A DNA stretch of 64,000 bases from Deltaproteobacteria bacterium (GCA_032128375.1 JAQBGU010000135.1:1-64000), one strand, 5' to 3'. Shown: positions 46,978 to 57,230, counted from the stretch's first letter. Numbers and translations: made by a program. The notes: generated by a model not told the origin, from the sequence alone.

Positions 46978-47691
46978 GTGTATACCCGATCCATTCGTTC
47001 GATGGCTGTCCCCGTCGCCTGCTGTGCGTTCGGCATCATGCTGATCGCTTGCCAACTGCCACAGGCTGCCTTTGCGGCCCCGCCGGCGACAAACGCCGTT
47101 CCACAGACAGACCCCGAGAAGGTCCTTTACATACTCGGCATTATGTTGGGGAACTCACTCGAGCAGTTCAAGCTGACGGAAAAGGAATTGGAATGGGTGC
47201 AGCGCGGTACCGCCGACCAGGTGATGGGACGGGATGCCGTGGTGAACCCGGATGAGTATCAGAGCCAGTTCAAGCAGTTCGTTCAAGAACGCACTCAAAG
47301 CTCGGCCGAACTCGACGCCGACGCCGTCGCATTTCTCGAGAAGCAGTCGAGCATTGACGGCGCCGTTGTGTCGGAGTCGGGACTGATCATGCAGGAAATG
47401 GTCGCGGGCGCGGGCGCTTCACCCACAGCGACCGATTCCGTTTCGGTTCACTACCACGGCACGCTGGTAGACGGGACCGTGTTCGACAGCTCTGTCGAGC
47501 GCGGCGAGCCGGCGCGCTTTCCGCTCAACCGGGTGATTCCGTGTTGGACCGAAGGGGTGGCGAAGATGAAGGTCGGGGGAAAGAGCCGCCTGATCTGCCC
47601 GCCGCAGATCGCGTACGGCGCGCGCGGCGCCGGCAAGATCCCGCCGAACGCGCCGATCGTGTTCGAAGTGGAATTGCTCGAGATCGAATAG
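46978..47691 (+). CDS. FKBP-type peptidyl-prolyl isomerase with FKBP_N domain (FkpA/Mip-like)
   Basis: Signal peptide, YILG, SGL, VHYHGTLVDGTVFDSS, VIPCWTEG, AYG, IPPNAPIVFEVEL. Confidence 0.93.
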   Translation: MYTRSIRSMAVPVACCAFGIMLIACQLPQAAFAAPPATNAVPQTDPEKVLYILGIMLGNSLEQFKLTEKELEWVQRGTADQVMGRDAVVNPDEYQSQFKQFVQERTQSSAELDADAVAFLEKQSSIDGAVVSESGLIMQEMVAGAGASPTATDSVSVHYHGTLVDGTVFDSSVERGEPARFPLNRVIPCWTEGVAKMKVGGKSRLICPPQIAYGARGAGKIPPNAPIVFEVELLEIE

Positions 47692-47731
47692 CGCTCCATC
47701 GCTCTCGCTCGAGACCTTCCGCAAAACCCCT

Positions 47732-48841
47732 CTACTGCAGCTTGGTCACGTCGATCTGGTAGAGTTCGCTGACGTTGCCCGACAGGATTCGCTCTGCTTG
47801 TTGGTCGGTCAGGTGGTCCTTGTGCTCGGCCAGCACCTCTTGAGACCAGGGCCAGGTAGAGTCGCTGTGCGGTAAATCGTTCGCCCACATCAGCCGTTCC
47901 GAGTTCATGAGCCCCGCGATCCGGAACGCCACCCAGTCGTCTTGAAACGTCACATAGATGTTCTCTCGGAAATACTCCGATGGCAGCTTCGACAGTTCCT
48001 GACCCGGTGGCAGCCAATTGCGATGGCGCTTGAACGCGTGATCCATGCGGTACATGTAATGCGGTACCCAGCCAGCGTCCGCCTCGACGCAGACGATCTT
48101 CAATTCGGGGTTGCGCTCGAACACCCCGCCGAGCACCAGCGTGCCCATGATGTCCTGGCAGCCACGCACGATGGAGAGGAAGCCGTTCATCTTGGGCCCG
48201 CGGGTCTTTGCATCCGGCATCGTCAAGATATGGAACGAAAGTGGAAGTCCGAGTTCGATGGCCCGCTGCCAGAACGGGTCATAGATCGGTGAGTCGTAGT
48301 CGTCGATTGCCGGTACGCCCGGCATCATTACGCCGCGCAGCCCTTGCTTCGCGATTGCCTCCAGCTCCGTGATGCCGTCTTCGACCGAGCGCATCGAGAC
48401 CTGGCCGACGCCGAGCAGTCTTTCGGTGTGGGTCGCGCAGTAGTCAACGATCCAGCGATTGTAAGCTTCGAAGCAGGCTTTCTTGAAATCGAAGTCAGTA
48501 TGATTGCAAATCAACATCCCGACGGTCGGATAGATGACCTCGGCGTTCACACCGTCGCGTTGCTGGTCCGCCAGCCGCGCAGAAGGATCCCAGCCGCTTC
48601 TGTGCATATCGGCGAATCGTTTGCCGAGCACCGTGATTTCCTCGGGCGGGACCCCGGCCGCCGCCACCAGCCCCATGGGTATGGGCCGCTTCATGCCCGG
48701 GATGATGTATAGGCTGCCGGCTTTCTCGTCTTCGATCATGTGGGGTGCCTTGTCGCGCCACTTCGGATCGATGTAGTCGATATACGCGTTGCCGGGTTCG
48801 GTGATATGCGAATCCGCAGAGATGATCGGATAGCTACTCAT
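47732..48841 (-). CDS. Amidohydrolase_2 family protein
   Basis: ISADSHITEP, DGVNAEVIYPT, SFH, VEADAGWVP, WANDLPHSDSTWP; start ATG 48841. Confidence 0.9.
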   Translation of the reverse strand: MSSYPIISADSHITEPGNAYIDYIDPKWRDKAPHMIEDEKAGSLYIIPGMKRPIPMGLVAAAGVPPEEITVLGKRFADMHRSGWDPSARLADQQRDGVNAEVIYPTVGMLICNHTDFDFKKACFEAYNRWIVDYCATHTERLLGVGQVSMRSVEDGITELEAIAKQGLRGVMMPGVPAIDDYDSPIYDPFWQRAIELGLPLSFHILTMPDAKTRGPKMNGFLSIVRGCQDIMGTLVLGGVFERNPELKIVCVEADAGWVPHYMYRMDHAFKRHRNWLPPGQELSKLPSEYFRENIYVTFQDDWVAFRIAGLMNSERLMWANDLPHSDSTWPWSQEVLAEHKDHLTDQQAERILSGNVSELYQIDVTKLQ

Positions 48842-48863
48842 GGGCCTTCTTCTCCATGCCTTG

Positions 48864-48896
48864 CGACGAAACCTTTCGACGAAACCCTTCGACGAA
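48864..48896. repeat. 13-bp tandem repeat CGACGAAACC(T/C)TT, about 2.5 copies
   Basis: Units start at 48864, 48877 and 48890; junctions form TTCG-A-CGAA palindromes. Confidence 0.8.
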
Positions 48897-48900
48897 AAAA

Positions 48901-50589
48901 TCAAGCGATTGTTCCCCCGCGAAGCAGTCGACCGGGAAGCTCACCGTCTGGATCGACACAGTCCTTCCCGTGTTCCCGTATCGCTGTTCCGTTGACGATG
49001 ACGGCATCGATGCCGATCGCGTCGGAGATCAGACGGTCCGCGCCGCCCGGCTGGTCGTGGACTCGGCGCAGTGGCGAACAATCGACGGTGTCGAGGTCGA
49101 AGATCACCACATCTGCAGAGAGCCCCTGCGCGAGTCGGCCGCGACCGGTCAGGCCGAAGACTTCGGCCGATCGAGAGGTGAGCAACCGAATCGCTTCCTC
49201 GACGCGCAGCGTGCCCGAATCGCGCACCCAGTGCGCAAGCAGATGCGTGGGGGCACACGCATCGCAGAGCTGGCTCATGTGTGCGCCCGCATCGGACAGC
49301 CCGAGCATCACCGCGCGGTGAGTCAGCAGTTCGGCGACGATTGCGGGTGCAGTATTCGCGACCGCGATGCGAAAGCGCGCTTCGAGATGGGTCTGGAGCC
49401 CGAGATCCAACGCGAGATCTGCCGGGTGCACGCCGCGTTCGGCCGCGACTTCTTCGACGTTTCGCTCGGCCAGGCTGGGCTCGCCCGGGCAGTCAGCAAT
49501 CACCGTGTCCGACCACCGGCCAGCAATATTGCCCGCGCTCTCGCCGCGGTCGCGCAACGCGCGACGGAATTCAGGGTCGGCGTAGATGCGCTTCTTGCCT
49601 TCGAAATCCGCCTGCGACACGGGCTTGAACATCGACATGCTCTCGAATGGAAACGGCGCCTTCCACTGGAATTCGAACATCAGCGGCCGCGGCGTGACCT
49701 GCGGGTAGATCTCGATTCCCTCGTCCTGGAGCTTCGCACACGCCTCGAGGACGCCGCGATGTCCTTCTGGGCCGAACATGCCACCGAGTAGTGCGGTCCA
49801 TGAGATGGGTCGTCCGGTCGATTTGAAGATCTCTGTGAACTCGCCGAGGAACAACCCGCGCCCGAGCGTCGCCTGCATCGTGCCGTGACCGACCTCGCGC
49901 ATGCATCCAGCGAGTCGTTGAATTTCGCTCAGCGCCGCCGCTCTACTGGGTACCGGTCGGCCTTCGTATCCCACATGGGTGGGAGCCCAGGAGGTCGCGA
50001 ACCCGATGGCGCCTGCCCGCATCGCGTCTGCGACAATCGCCTCCATCTGCGCGACTTCGTCTTCGGTTGCTTCGCGCTCGGTTGCTTCTTCGCCCATCAC
50101 GTACATGCGTACCGGCGTGTGTCCCACGAGTGCACCGACGTTGATCGCGCTTCCGCGGTGTTCGATGGCGTCGAGGTACTCGGGAAAGCTCTCGAACGGC
50201 CATTGTTCTCCCAACCCCTCCCACAAGGCCGCGAGGTTCATACCCTCGACGTTCTCGAGCGTGCGCAGGATCAGGTCACGATGGGCGGCGCGCGTCGGTG
50301 CAACGCCGAACCCGCAGTTGCCCATCACGACCGACGTGACGCCGTGCCACGGCGAAATCGTGAGCATGCGGTCCCAGAAGATCTGTGCGTCGTAGTGGGT
50401 GTGGATATCGACAAAGCCGGGCGCGACGACGCGTCCGCCCGCGTCGATCGTCCGGCTCGCTGTGCCGAGCGATTCGCCGATCGCCGCGATGCGTCCATCT
50501 CGGATCCCGAGGTCCCCGGTCGACGCCGGGGCGCCGGATCCGTCTACCAGGGTTCCGCCGCGAATGAGCAGGTCGAACTGTTCGGACAT
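48901..50589 (-). CDS. N-acyl-D-amino-acid deacylase (amidohydrolase_3)
   Basis: APGFVDIHTHYD, GVTSVVMGNCG, SDAGAH, RGRLAQGLSADVVIFD. Confidence 0.92.
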   Translation of the reverse strand: MSEQFDLLIRGGTLVDGSGAPASTGDLGIRDGRIAAIGESLGTASRTIDAGGRVVAPGFVDIHTHYDAQIFWDRMLTISPWHGVTSVVMGNCGFGVAPTRAAHRDLILRTLENVEGMNLAALWEGLGEQWPFESFPEYLDAIEHRGSAINVGALVGHTPVRMYVMGEEATEREATEDEVAQMEAIVADAMRAGAIGFATSWAPTHVGYEGRPVPSRAAALSEIQRLAGCMREVGHGTMQATLGRGLFLGEFTEIFKSTGRPISWTALLGGMFGPEGHRGVLEACAKLQDEGIEIYPQVTPRPLMFEFQWKAPFPFESMSMFKPVSQADFEGKKRIYADPEFRRALRDRGESAGNIAGRWSDTVIADCPGEPSLAERNVEEVAAERGVHPADLALDLGLQTHLEARFRIAVANTAPAIVAELLTHRAVMLGLSDAGAHMSQLCDACAPTHLLAHWVRDSGTLRVEEAIRLLTSRSAEVFGLTGRGRLAQGLSADVVIFDLDTVDCSPLRRVHDQPGGADRLISDAIGIDAVIVNGTAIREHGKDCVDPDGELPGRLLRGGTIA

Positions 50590-50685
50590 CGAGGTTGCCT
50601 CGCTGGGATACGAATCGGATCGTCGGATCCCATCATACCAGCTGCGCCAGCCGTGCGTTGCGCAACCGTGACTCGCAGCCGCTCG

Positions 50686-52773
50686 CTAGACGAGGGTCGC
50701 ACCGGTAGCCAGCGAAGACGGCGTTCCGACCGAGGTCAGCCATAACTGGTGAATGGCTCGGGTGGCGCCCACGTGCAGCAACCGCCGGGACGCTGACGTG
50801 CCGGGATAGTTCTGGTCAGTGACGTCGACGAGCACAACGTAGTCGAATTCGAGACCCTTGACCTGCTCAATCTCGGTCACTTCGATCCCCGGGGAGAAGG
50901 TGAAATCCTGGTTCTCCACCAGCCGAACCTGGGGCAGATCGCTGTTGACGAGCCCCTGGTAGTACAGCGCACTCGCTGCTGGCGAGGGCGTCAGAAGGGC
51001 GACCGACGCGCTGGGTTCGCTTCTGCTCAAGTCGCGCAGCGCTTCCGCCAGGAACCCAACGCACGCCCCCCGGTCGCTAAACCGAAACAACTCGACCGGC
51101 GGCCCGACCCGCGTCGTCACGGCCGGCTCTTCGTCCTCTCGCAGGTCTCCAAGGAGTGAAAGCGCGAACTCGAGAATCTGCTGCGTGGATCGGTAGCTGA
51201 TTCTGAGCGTTTCGATGGCCGACCCGGGAATTCCCAGGCGTGACAAGAACTCGCTCCACGAGGTGAAACCGCTGTTCTCGATGACGTGCTGCTGGGTGTC
51301 TCCGGCGAGCGTGATCGAGCGGTCGCGATCCAGGCAATCCAACAAAACCTGAACTTCGATCGGCGAAAAGTCCTGAACTTCGTCGATTGCGATGTGCCGG
51401 TATCGGATGGGCCGCTTGCCGCGCAGCATCAGCGGGCCGGTCCGCAGCTGCCATGCCCGCAGCAGCAGCGCGTCGTCTTCGGGGTCGAGTTCGGCCTGGT
51501 TGTGCGTGTCGCCATCGAGGCGCGCAAAGAGTTCTTCATTGCGCCGACGGTTCCAATCTGCGAAACGCCGCAGATCCTCGCTGCTGAACGCGGGGTGTGT
51601 TTCTGCAGCGTTGGCTTCCTCGAGCAGCGCCAGGTTGGTGATCGCGCTCGCCCAATCGTCGATCGCCTGAGTGGAGTTCCTCGCACCCGACACCCGCTCG
51701 ACTTGTTTGCGCAACGCCGTATCGAGTAGCGGATGCAGCTTGATACGTTGCACGATGACCGGCGCGTCGCCGCGGGCACCGCGGGGCAGCTGCGGAAAGT
51801 GGCGGCGGCGCTGGTCGATCGCCCATTCCGAGAATGTTGAAATCTGAACATGGCCGAGTCCGAGAGACGGCAACACGTGGCTCACGAAGTTGCGCAATGC
51901 CGGGGAGAAAACCGCCACTAGCGTCTCGTCGGAATCGATGCACGAGTCCGCGTAAGCAAGGTACGCAATCCGGTGCAACGCGACGGTGGTCTTGCCGGAC
52001 CCGGCAGTTCCCCGAATTGCCAGAAAGCCGGCAGACGGTCGGGTAATCAGGCCGAACTGGTCCGGATCGATCAGACCTGTGATCTCGGGCAGCCGCTTGT
52101 CGAGCCGCGACTGAGCGCCCGCTCGATCGGTCCCGAGCCGCGCCGCGACGCCTGCGTCCAGATCGTGTGCGCGAACAGCGCTGGCTTCGCCGCCAGCCAA
52201 GCGTGGTCGGTCGCGCTCGATCCTCCGCCAGCGATCGGGCTGGCTTTCGTCCAACGCGAAGATGCCCTCGGGTGCCTCGACGCGGTGCAGGATTCCGTCG
52301 ACGATATTCACCGTTCGGCGCGCGACCACGACACCGCTGCGGACTCGGTCGGCCAGGGTCTCTTCGAAGTCCTCGCCCTGTTGATAGCGGTAATAGATCC
52401 GCGAGATCGGCGCGTTGCGCCAATCGACGACGCGTACACCACCATCGATGCAGGTGGCGCGACCGACGCACAGATCGCGTACCTGGTCTCCCTCGCGCAA
52501 TCGCAGGTGTGCGAAGTACGGCGATCGGGGGTCGATCTGGGGGGCACCTCGAGCGGATCTCAGTTGGACGAGCAGCGAACTCTGGCGGTGCCACTGCTGG
52601 GTGAGCGCGAGTGTGTCCTTGGCTTCGGAGCCGTCGATCAGTCGTTCACGAATGTTCTCGAGCTCTTCGATGATCGGCGCTTCGTCGGCGGTCACCGGCT
52701 CATCCATTTCGGCAATTCTGTGGCTGACTTTCTCGAGTAGCTCCAGTTCCTCTGCAACGATCGGATCCGGCAC
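50686..52773 (-). CDS. HelD/HelR-like SF1 ATPase (RNA polymerase recycling motor family)
   Basis: SPYFAHL, VVDWRNAPISRIYY, GTAGSGKTTVALHRIAYL, DEVQD, AGDTQQ, SYRST, KGLEFD, HVGATRA; start likely GTG 52773 after GGAG. Confidence 0.85.
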   Translation of the reverse strand: MPDPIVAEELELLEKVSHRIAEMDEPVTADEAPIIEELENIRERLIDGSEAKDTLALTQQWHRQSSLLVQLRSARGAPQIDPRSPYFAHLRLREGDQVRDLCVGRATCIDGGVRVVDWRNAPISRIYYRYQQGEDFEETLADRVRSGVVVARRTVNIVDGILHRVEAPEGIFALDESQPDRWRRIERDRPRLAGGEASAVRAHDLDAGVAARLGTDRAGAQSRLDKRLPEITGLIDPDQFGLITRPSAGFLAIRGTAGSGKTTVALHRIAYLAYADSCIDSDETLVAVFSPALRNFVSHVLPSLGLGHVQISTFSEWAIDQRRRHFPQLPRGARGDAPVIVQRIKLHPLLDTALRKQVERVSGARNSTQAIDDWASAITNLALLEEANAAETHPAFSSEDLRRFADWNRRRNEELFARLDGDTHNQAELDPEDDALLLRAWQLRTGPLMLRGKRPIRYRHIAIDEVQDFSPIEVQVLLDCLDRDRSITLAGDTQQHVIENSGFTSWSEFLSRLGIPGSAIETLRISYRSTQQILEFALSLLGDLREDEEPAVTTRVGPPVELFRFSDRGACVGFLAEALRDLSRSEPSASVALLTPSPAASALYYQGLVNSDLPQVRLVENQDFTFSPGIEVTEIEQVKGLEFDYVVLVDVTDQNYPGTSASRRLLHVGATRAIHQLWLTSVGTPSSLATGATLV

Positions 52774-52865
52774 AGGCTCTCCAACATGACCTGCCAAAAT
52801 GGCGGCTGGCTCGCTTGCTGACCACGGGGCCCCACCTGAATCCGCTGATGCGAATCCCCATGCGT

Positions 52866-52925
52866 CTCTCAGTTCTCTCAGTTCTCTCAGTTCATCCAGT
52901 TCATCCAGTTCATCCAATTCTTCTC
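52866..52925. repeat. 9-bp tandem repeats AGTTCTCTC / AGTTCATCC
   Basis: Period-9 units start at 52871, 52880, 52889, 52898, 52907 and 52916, in the divergent intergenic region. Confidence 0.85.
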
Positions 52926-52987
52926 TGAGTACATCTCCCGATGCGGAAAGATGCGGAAAAGGGGCACGGATCTTACCATCAGTTGCA

Positions 52988-54793
52988 ATGGGGATGTCAG
53001 AGGCGATCGAAAACTCAGCGCAGCGCATTTACGAAAGAAGACTGAGGGCGCGCGAACTCGACGCGGAAAGGCGTGGTCGGCGCGCCTCGATCACGTCGAA
53101 TCTGCGCCTTGTCGTGTTTTTCTCGGGGGTGCTGATCGCCTGGCTGGTGTTTGGCACGCGCTCAATGGCAGCTGGCTGGCTCGGGCCGCCCGCGGCCACG
53201 TTTGCTGTGCTGCTGGTGGTACACGACCGGCTGCTGACGCGAAAAGATCGAGCGCTGCGTTCAGTGGCGTTCTACCAGCGCGGCCTGGATCGGCTCAACG
53301 CCAGTTGGTCGGGTGGCGGGGAGCCTGGCGAGCGGTTCCGGGATGCGCACCATCCCTATGCCGATGATCTGGATCTGTTCGGTGAAGGATCGCTATTCGA
53401 GCTGTTGTGCACCGCTCGGACCCGCGCGGGTGAGGAGCGTCTGGCCCAGTGGCTACTGGAGCCTGCGGCTCCCGATGCGATTCGGGCGCGGCAGGAAGCC
53501 GTTGCGGAACTACGCGGCCGCCTCGACCTGCGCGAGGATCTGGCGCGGTTGGGCGATGAGGTGCGGGCCGGCTTGCACCCCGAGGCGTTGAGCAACTGGG
53601 GCAACGCTCGGGCAACGCTGGACTCGCGAGCGTTGGCCGTTGCCGCAGCCGCCATGGCGGGACTGACCGTTGCCGGACTCCTGGTGTGGATCTTGACGCC
53701 GCTCGGTGCGTTTCCCTTTGGCGTCGCGCTGCTGGTAGGGACGGGATTCACCATGACGGCAAACCGCCGGGTGTCCGCTGTGATCCGCGCGATGCAGGCG
53801 CCGGCCCGCGATCTTTCGCTGTTTTCGCACCTGCTCGAGCGCTTGGAGAGCGAGTCCTATGCTTGTGCGATGTTGGTCTCGCTGCGCGCAGAACTCGATG
53901 AGGACGGCGCTCCGCCATCCAAGCAGATCGCTCGACTTCGCTTGTTGATCGATCTGATCGATGCCAGCCGAAATCAGCTGTTTATTCCGATTGCATGGAT
54001 GTTGTTGTGGAATCTGCAACTCGCCTGCGCGATCGACCGATGGCGCGTGAAGTGTGGTCCGGCGCTATCGCGCTGGATCGACGCGGTGGGAGAATTCGAG
54101 GCGCTCTCGGCATTTTCGACCTTTGGCTACGAACACCCGGATTTCCCGTTTCCGGAAATCGTCGAAGACGCAGTGCATTTCGAAGGCACAGCACTGGGAC
54201 ATCCTCTGCTGCCAGCCGATCGTTGCGTCCGCAACGATCTGAGTCTGATTGCGCCATTGCAGGTCCTGATCGTCAGCGGCTCGAACATGTCCGGAAAGAG
54301 TACGCTGATGCGAACGGTCGGGACCAATACAGCGCTCGCGCTGGCGGGTGCTCCGGTGTGCGCCCAGAGCCTACGCCTGGCACCTGTGTCGATTGGTGCG
54401 TCGATTCGGATTCAAGATTCGCTACAGGAGGGGAGTTCGCGCTTCTACGCCGAGATCTTGCGCTTGCGCCAGATCACAGAACTCGCGCGCGAGCACGGGC
54501 CGGCGCTCTTCTTGCTGGATGAGATTTTGCACGGGACGAACTCACACGATCGCGGCATCGGTGCTGAGGCCGTTGTGCGCAGCCTGGTCAAATCGGGCTC
54601 GATTGGCATCGTCACCACCCATGACCTCGCGCTGACCCAGCTAGCCGATGCGTTGGAGGGGCGCGCTCGGAACGTCCATTTTCAAGATCACTTGGAAGAA
54701 GGCGTTATCAAATTCGATTACCGGATGCACCCGGGAGTGGTGACCAAGAGCAACGCGCTGGAATTGATGCGAGCGGTTGGGCTCGAAGTCTGA
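52988..54793 (+). CDS. Membrane-anchored MutS-like ATPase (domain V only, no mismatch-binding domain)
   Basis: TM pairs; HPYADDLDLFGEGSLF, GHPLL, SGSNMSGKSTLMR, DSLQEGSSRFYAE, LLDEILHGTNS, TTHD. Confidence 0.9.
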   Translation: MGMSEAIENSAQRIYERRLRARELDAERRGRRASITSNLRLVVFFSGVLIAWLVFGTRSMAAGWLGPPAATFAVLLVVHDRLLTRKDRALRSVAFYQRGLDRLNASWSGGGEPGERFRDAHHPYADDLDLFGEGSLFELLCTARTRAGEERLAQWLLEPAAPDAIRARQEAVAELRGRLDLREDLARLGDEVRAGLHPEALSNWGNARATLDSRALAVAAAAMAGLTVAGLLVWILTPLGAFPFGVALLVGTGFTMTANRRVSAVIRAMQAPARDLSLFSHLLERLESESYACAMLVSLRAELDEDGAPPSKQIARLRLLIDLIDASRNQLFIPIAWMLLWNLQLACAIDRWRVKCGPALSRWIDAVGEFEALSAFSTFGYEHPDFPFPEIVEDAVHFEGTALGHPLLPADRCVRNDLSLIAPLQVLIVSGSNMSGKSTLMRTVGTNTALALAGAPVCAQSLRLAPVSIGASIRIQDSLQEGSSRFYAEILRLRQITELAREHGPALFLLDEILHGTNSHDRGIGAEAVVRSLVKSGSIGIVTTHDLALTQLADALEGRARNVHFQDHLEEGVIKFDYRMHPGVVTKSNALELMRAVGLEV

Positions 54794-54808
54794 GGAGCGG
54801 GCTCGTCG

Positions 54809-55198
54809 TCAGATTTCGAGTTCCAGGACCGCGCGCCCGCCGATGCGGCCGGTCAGCGTGGAGAAAAAGTCCAGCAGACGCATCTGCCAGCCGTATTTTG
54901 CCCGGAGCGCCGCGTAGGCACGCTGCTCGGTGGCGCCGTCTTCGATGCGGCGCCCCTTGCCTTCGAACCACTCGCCGCTGACCTGTCCGCCGACGCTGCA
55001 GGCCGCGACGCGAACCCGCTCATCATTGCGCAATCGCTTGACCTTCCAAGCATCGGCTTCGGTGAAGACGTAGAGCCTGCCCCCGTCGGCGGCAAACCAG
55101 ACCGGTGTTCGAACCGCGTCGCCACTGCGACGAAACGTAGCCAGGCTGATGTAGGGCTTGCGATCCAACACGGACAATTCGGTCGGGTTCAGAGCCAT
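54809..55198 (-). CDS. PPOX-class probable F420-dependent oxidoreductase (Rv2061-like)
   Basis: YISLATFRRSG..VRTPVW, KVKRLRND.RV.VAAC..G, ALRAKYG. Confidence 0.88.
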   Translation of the reverse strand: MALNPTELSVLDRKPYISLATFRRSGDAVRTPVWFAADGGRLYVFTEADAWKVKRLRNDERVRVAACSVGGQVSGEWFEGKGRRIEDGATEQRAYAALRAKYGWQMRLLDFFSTLTGRIGGRAVLELEI

Positions 55199-55302
55199 TT
55201 TTCGATCTCCTGCGCGCGGACGTCACCGGGTCTGTGCTCGGCGACGCTACAGTGAACGGGTACCTCAGCGAAGGTAACCCTGAACCGCACAGGGAGTCAC
55301 CC

Positions 55303-56511
55303 GTGCCCAACCACCCGACCCGACACGAGATCCAACTACTCGACGGACGCTTTTACGCCGCCGATCCGCATCCATTCTTTGAGTGGATGCGCGACAACGC
55401 CCCGGTCTACTGGGACGATTCCTGGAAGATCTGGGGCGTCACACGACACGCCGACATCATGGCCTGTTCGAAACAGCCAAGGCTGTTTTGTAGTGGGCAG
55501 GGTTCGCGTCCGGATTCACCGCCGATACCGTCGATGATCAATCTCGACGATCCGCTTCACAAACGGCGTCGCAATCTGGTCAACCGCGGCTTCACACCCC
55601 GCCAGGTCGACATCCAGGAAGACAAGATCCGAGGGATCTGCCGCGAACTGATCGACCGTGCCCTCGAACTGGATACGTTCGATTTCGTCAAGGAAGTCGC
55701 CGCACCGCTGCCGATGATCGTGATCGGCGACATGCTGGGTGTCGCGCCGCAGGATCGCGACAAGCTGCTGCGTTGGTCCGATGACTTGATCCTGGGAACC
55801 TCCGCGACCGCGACACCGGAGGCCGCAGCCAACGCGGCCAAATCGGCCGGTGAATACATCGGGTATGCGCGCGAGGTGATTTCGGATCGCAGGGCGAGAC
55901 CCCCTCAGGACGATTTGATGAGCGCACTGGTCCACGCGGAAATCGACGGTCAAAGCCTCGATGACGACGCGCTGATTCAGGAATCGCTGCTCATTCTGGT
56001 CGGCGGCGACGAGACGACGCGCCACGTGATCAGCGGCGGGATGGAGCAACTGATCCGCAACCCAGACCAACAGCAAAAACTCGTCGACGATCCCGCAAAG
56101 ATCCCTGTTGCGGTCGAGGAAATGCTTCGCTGGGTGACGCCGATCCAGAATATGTCCCGAACCGCCACGCGTGATGTGGAGCTGGGCGGCGAGACGATTC
56201 GAAAGGGTGACCGGCTGCTGCTGCTGTATCCCTCAGGGAACCGCGATGCCGCCGTGTTCGACCACCCATATCGGTTTGACGTCGAGCGCAGCCCGAACGA
56301 CCACGTGGCATTTGGCGGTTACGGCGCTCACTTCTGTCTCGGTGCGCCACTCGCTCGCCTCGAGTTGAGAGTGATGTTCGAGGAGCTGGTCGGGCGGGTC
56401 TCAGGCCTCCAACTCGTCAAGAATGAACCGCTGCCGATCCGCAAGTCGAATTTCATTGCCGGAATCGAGCGGATGGAAGTCCGCGTCGAGACAACCGCCG
56501 CTCGTGAATGA
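55303..56511 (+). CDS. Cytochrome P450, CYP142-like
   Basis: LLDGRFY, AAPLPMIVIGDMLGV, LLILVGGDETTRHVISGG, EEMLRW, FGGYGAHFCLG, SNFIAG; GTG start after GGGAG. Confidence 0.92.
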   Translation: MPNHPTRHEIQLLDGRFYAADPHPFFEWMRDNAPVYWDDSWKIWGVTRHADIMACSKQPRLFCSGQGSRPDSPPIPSMINLDDPLHKRRRNLVNRGFTPRQVDIQEDKIRGICRELIDRALELDTFDFVKEVAAPLPMIVIGDMLGVAPQDRDKLLRWSDDLILGTSATATPEAAANAAKSAGEYIGYAREVISDRRARPPQDDLMSALVHAEIDGQSLDDDALIQESLLILVGGDETTRHVISGGMEQLIRNPDQQQKLVDDPAKIPVAVEEMLRWVTPIQNMSRTATRDVELGGETIRKGDRLLLLYPSGNRDAAVFDHPYRFDVERSPNDHVAFGGYGAHFCLGAPLARLELRVMFEELVGRVSGLQLVKNEPLPIRKSNFIAGIERMEVRVETTAARE

Positions 56512-56616
56512 GCCTCAGCACACGACTCGTGCGCACGTTGAATCGATCGGGCTGATGTTGCGTCCAATGCGCCGTCCATGGGCCAGCCCCACATCCCGAA
56601 TCGGCGGAGCCTCCTG

Positions 56617-56636
56617 ATGAATCGGTATGAATCGGT
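56617..56636 (+). promoter_or_regulatory. 10-bp direct repeat ATGAATCGGT x2 (candidate response-regulator site)
   Basis: Perfect tandem at one helical turn, plus a further GAATCGG at 56598; ~105 nt upstream of the lipoprotein gene. Confidence 0.4.
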
Positions 56637-56741
56637 CTCAGTAGCCGCATTGATTGAGCCGATGGGAAAGAGAACCATTGCATCCGCGGAGATTAGACGA
56701 CCGCGGAACAGCAGAAGCCACAGCGACGAACAGGAGTATCC

Positions 56742-57230
56742 ATGACCCAATCAAGCATCCCGGCTGCGGGAGCCGACTTTCGAAAAGTTCTCACAATCGC
56801 CATCCTGGCTGTCTCGATGTCCGCATGTGCCCAAGCGGGTCCCAAGACAACTCTGGGCGCGGCCACGGGTGCAGCTGCCGGCGGCCTGATCGGCGCGGCG
56901 GCCGGCGGCGGGGCTGAGGGGATCGTGGCTGGGGTACTGCTGGGCGGGTTGCTCGGTGGTGCGATTGGAAACTCTCTCGACAACCGCGATCGCGAGTACG
57001 TGCGACGCAGCAACTATCAATCGTGGGAATACGGTCGCAATGGTGAGGCTTCGACCTGGCGCAATCCAGATTCGGGCCACTACGGAAGCGTGACTCCGAC
57101 GCGCACCTACCAAGAGCGCGGCGGCAACTACTGCCGAGAGTTCAACCAGACCGTGATCGTCAATGGTCAGCAGCAGGATGCCTACGGTACGGCGTGTCGT
57201 CAGCCGGACGGCTCCTGGATGATCCGATAG
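56742..57230 (+). CDS. 17-kDa surface antigen family lipoprotein (glycine zipper)
   Basis: AGGAG RBS, lipobox MSAC, GxxxG zipper, WRNPDSG, CREF..., YGTACRQPDGSW. Confidence 0.92.
   Translation: MTQSSIPAAGADFRKVLTIAILAVSMSACAQAGPKTTLGAATGAAAGGLIGAAAGGGAEGIVAGVLLGGLLGGAIGNSLDNRDREYVRRSNYQSWEYGRNGEASTWRNPDSGHYGSVTPTRTYQERGGNYCREFNQTVIVNGQQQDAYGTACRQPDGSWMIR

Noticed and set aside
52988..54793. Calling this gene mutS (mismatch repair)
   Set aside because: It lacks the mismatch-recognition and clamp domains and has TM helices; only the ATPase domain is shared.
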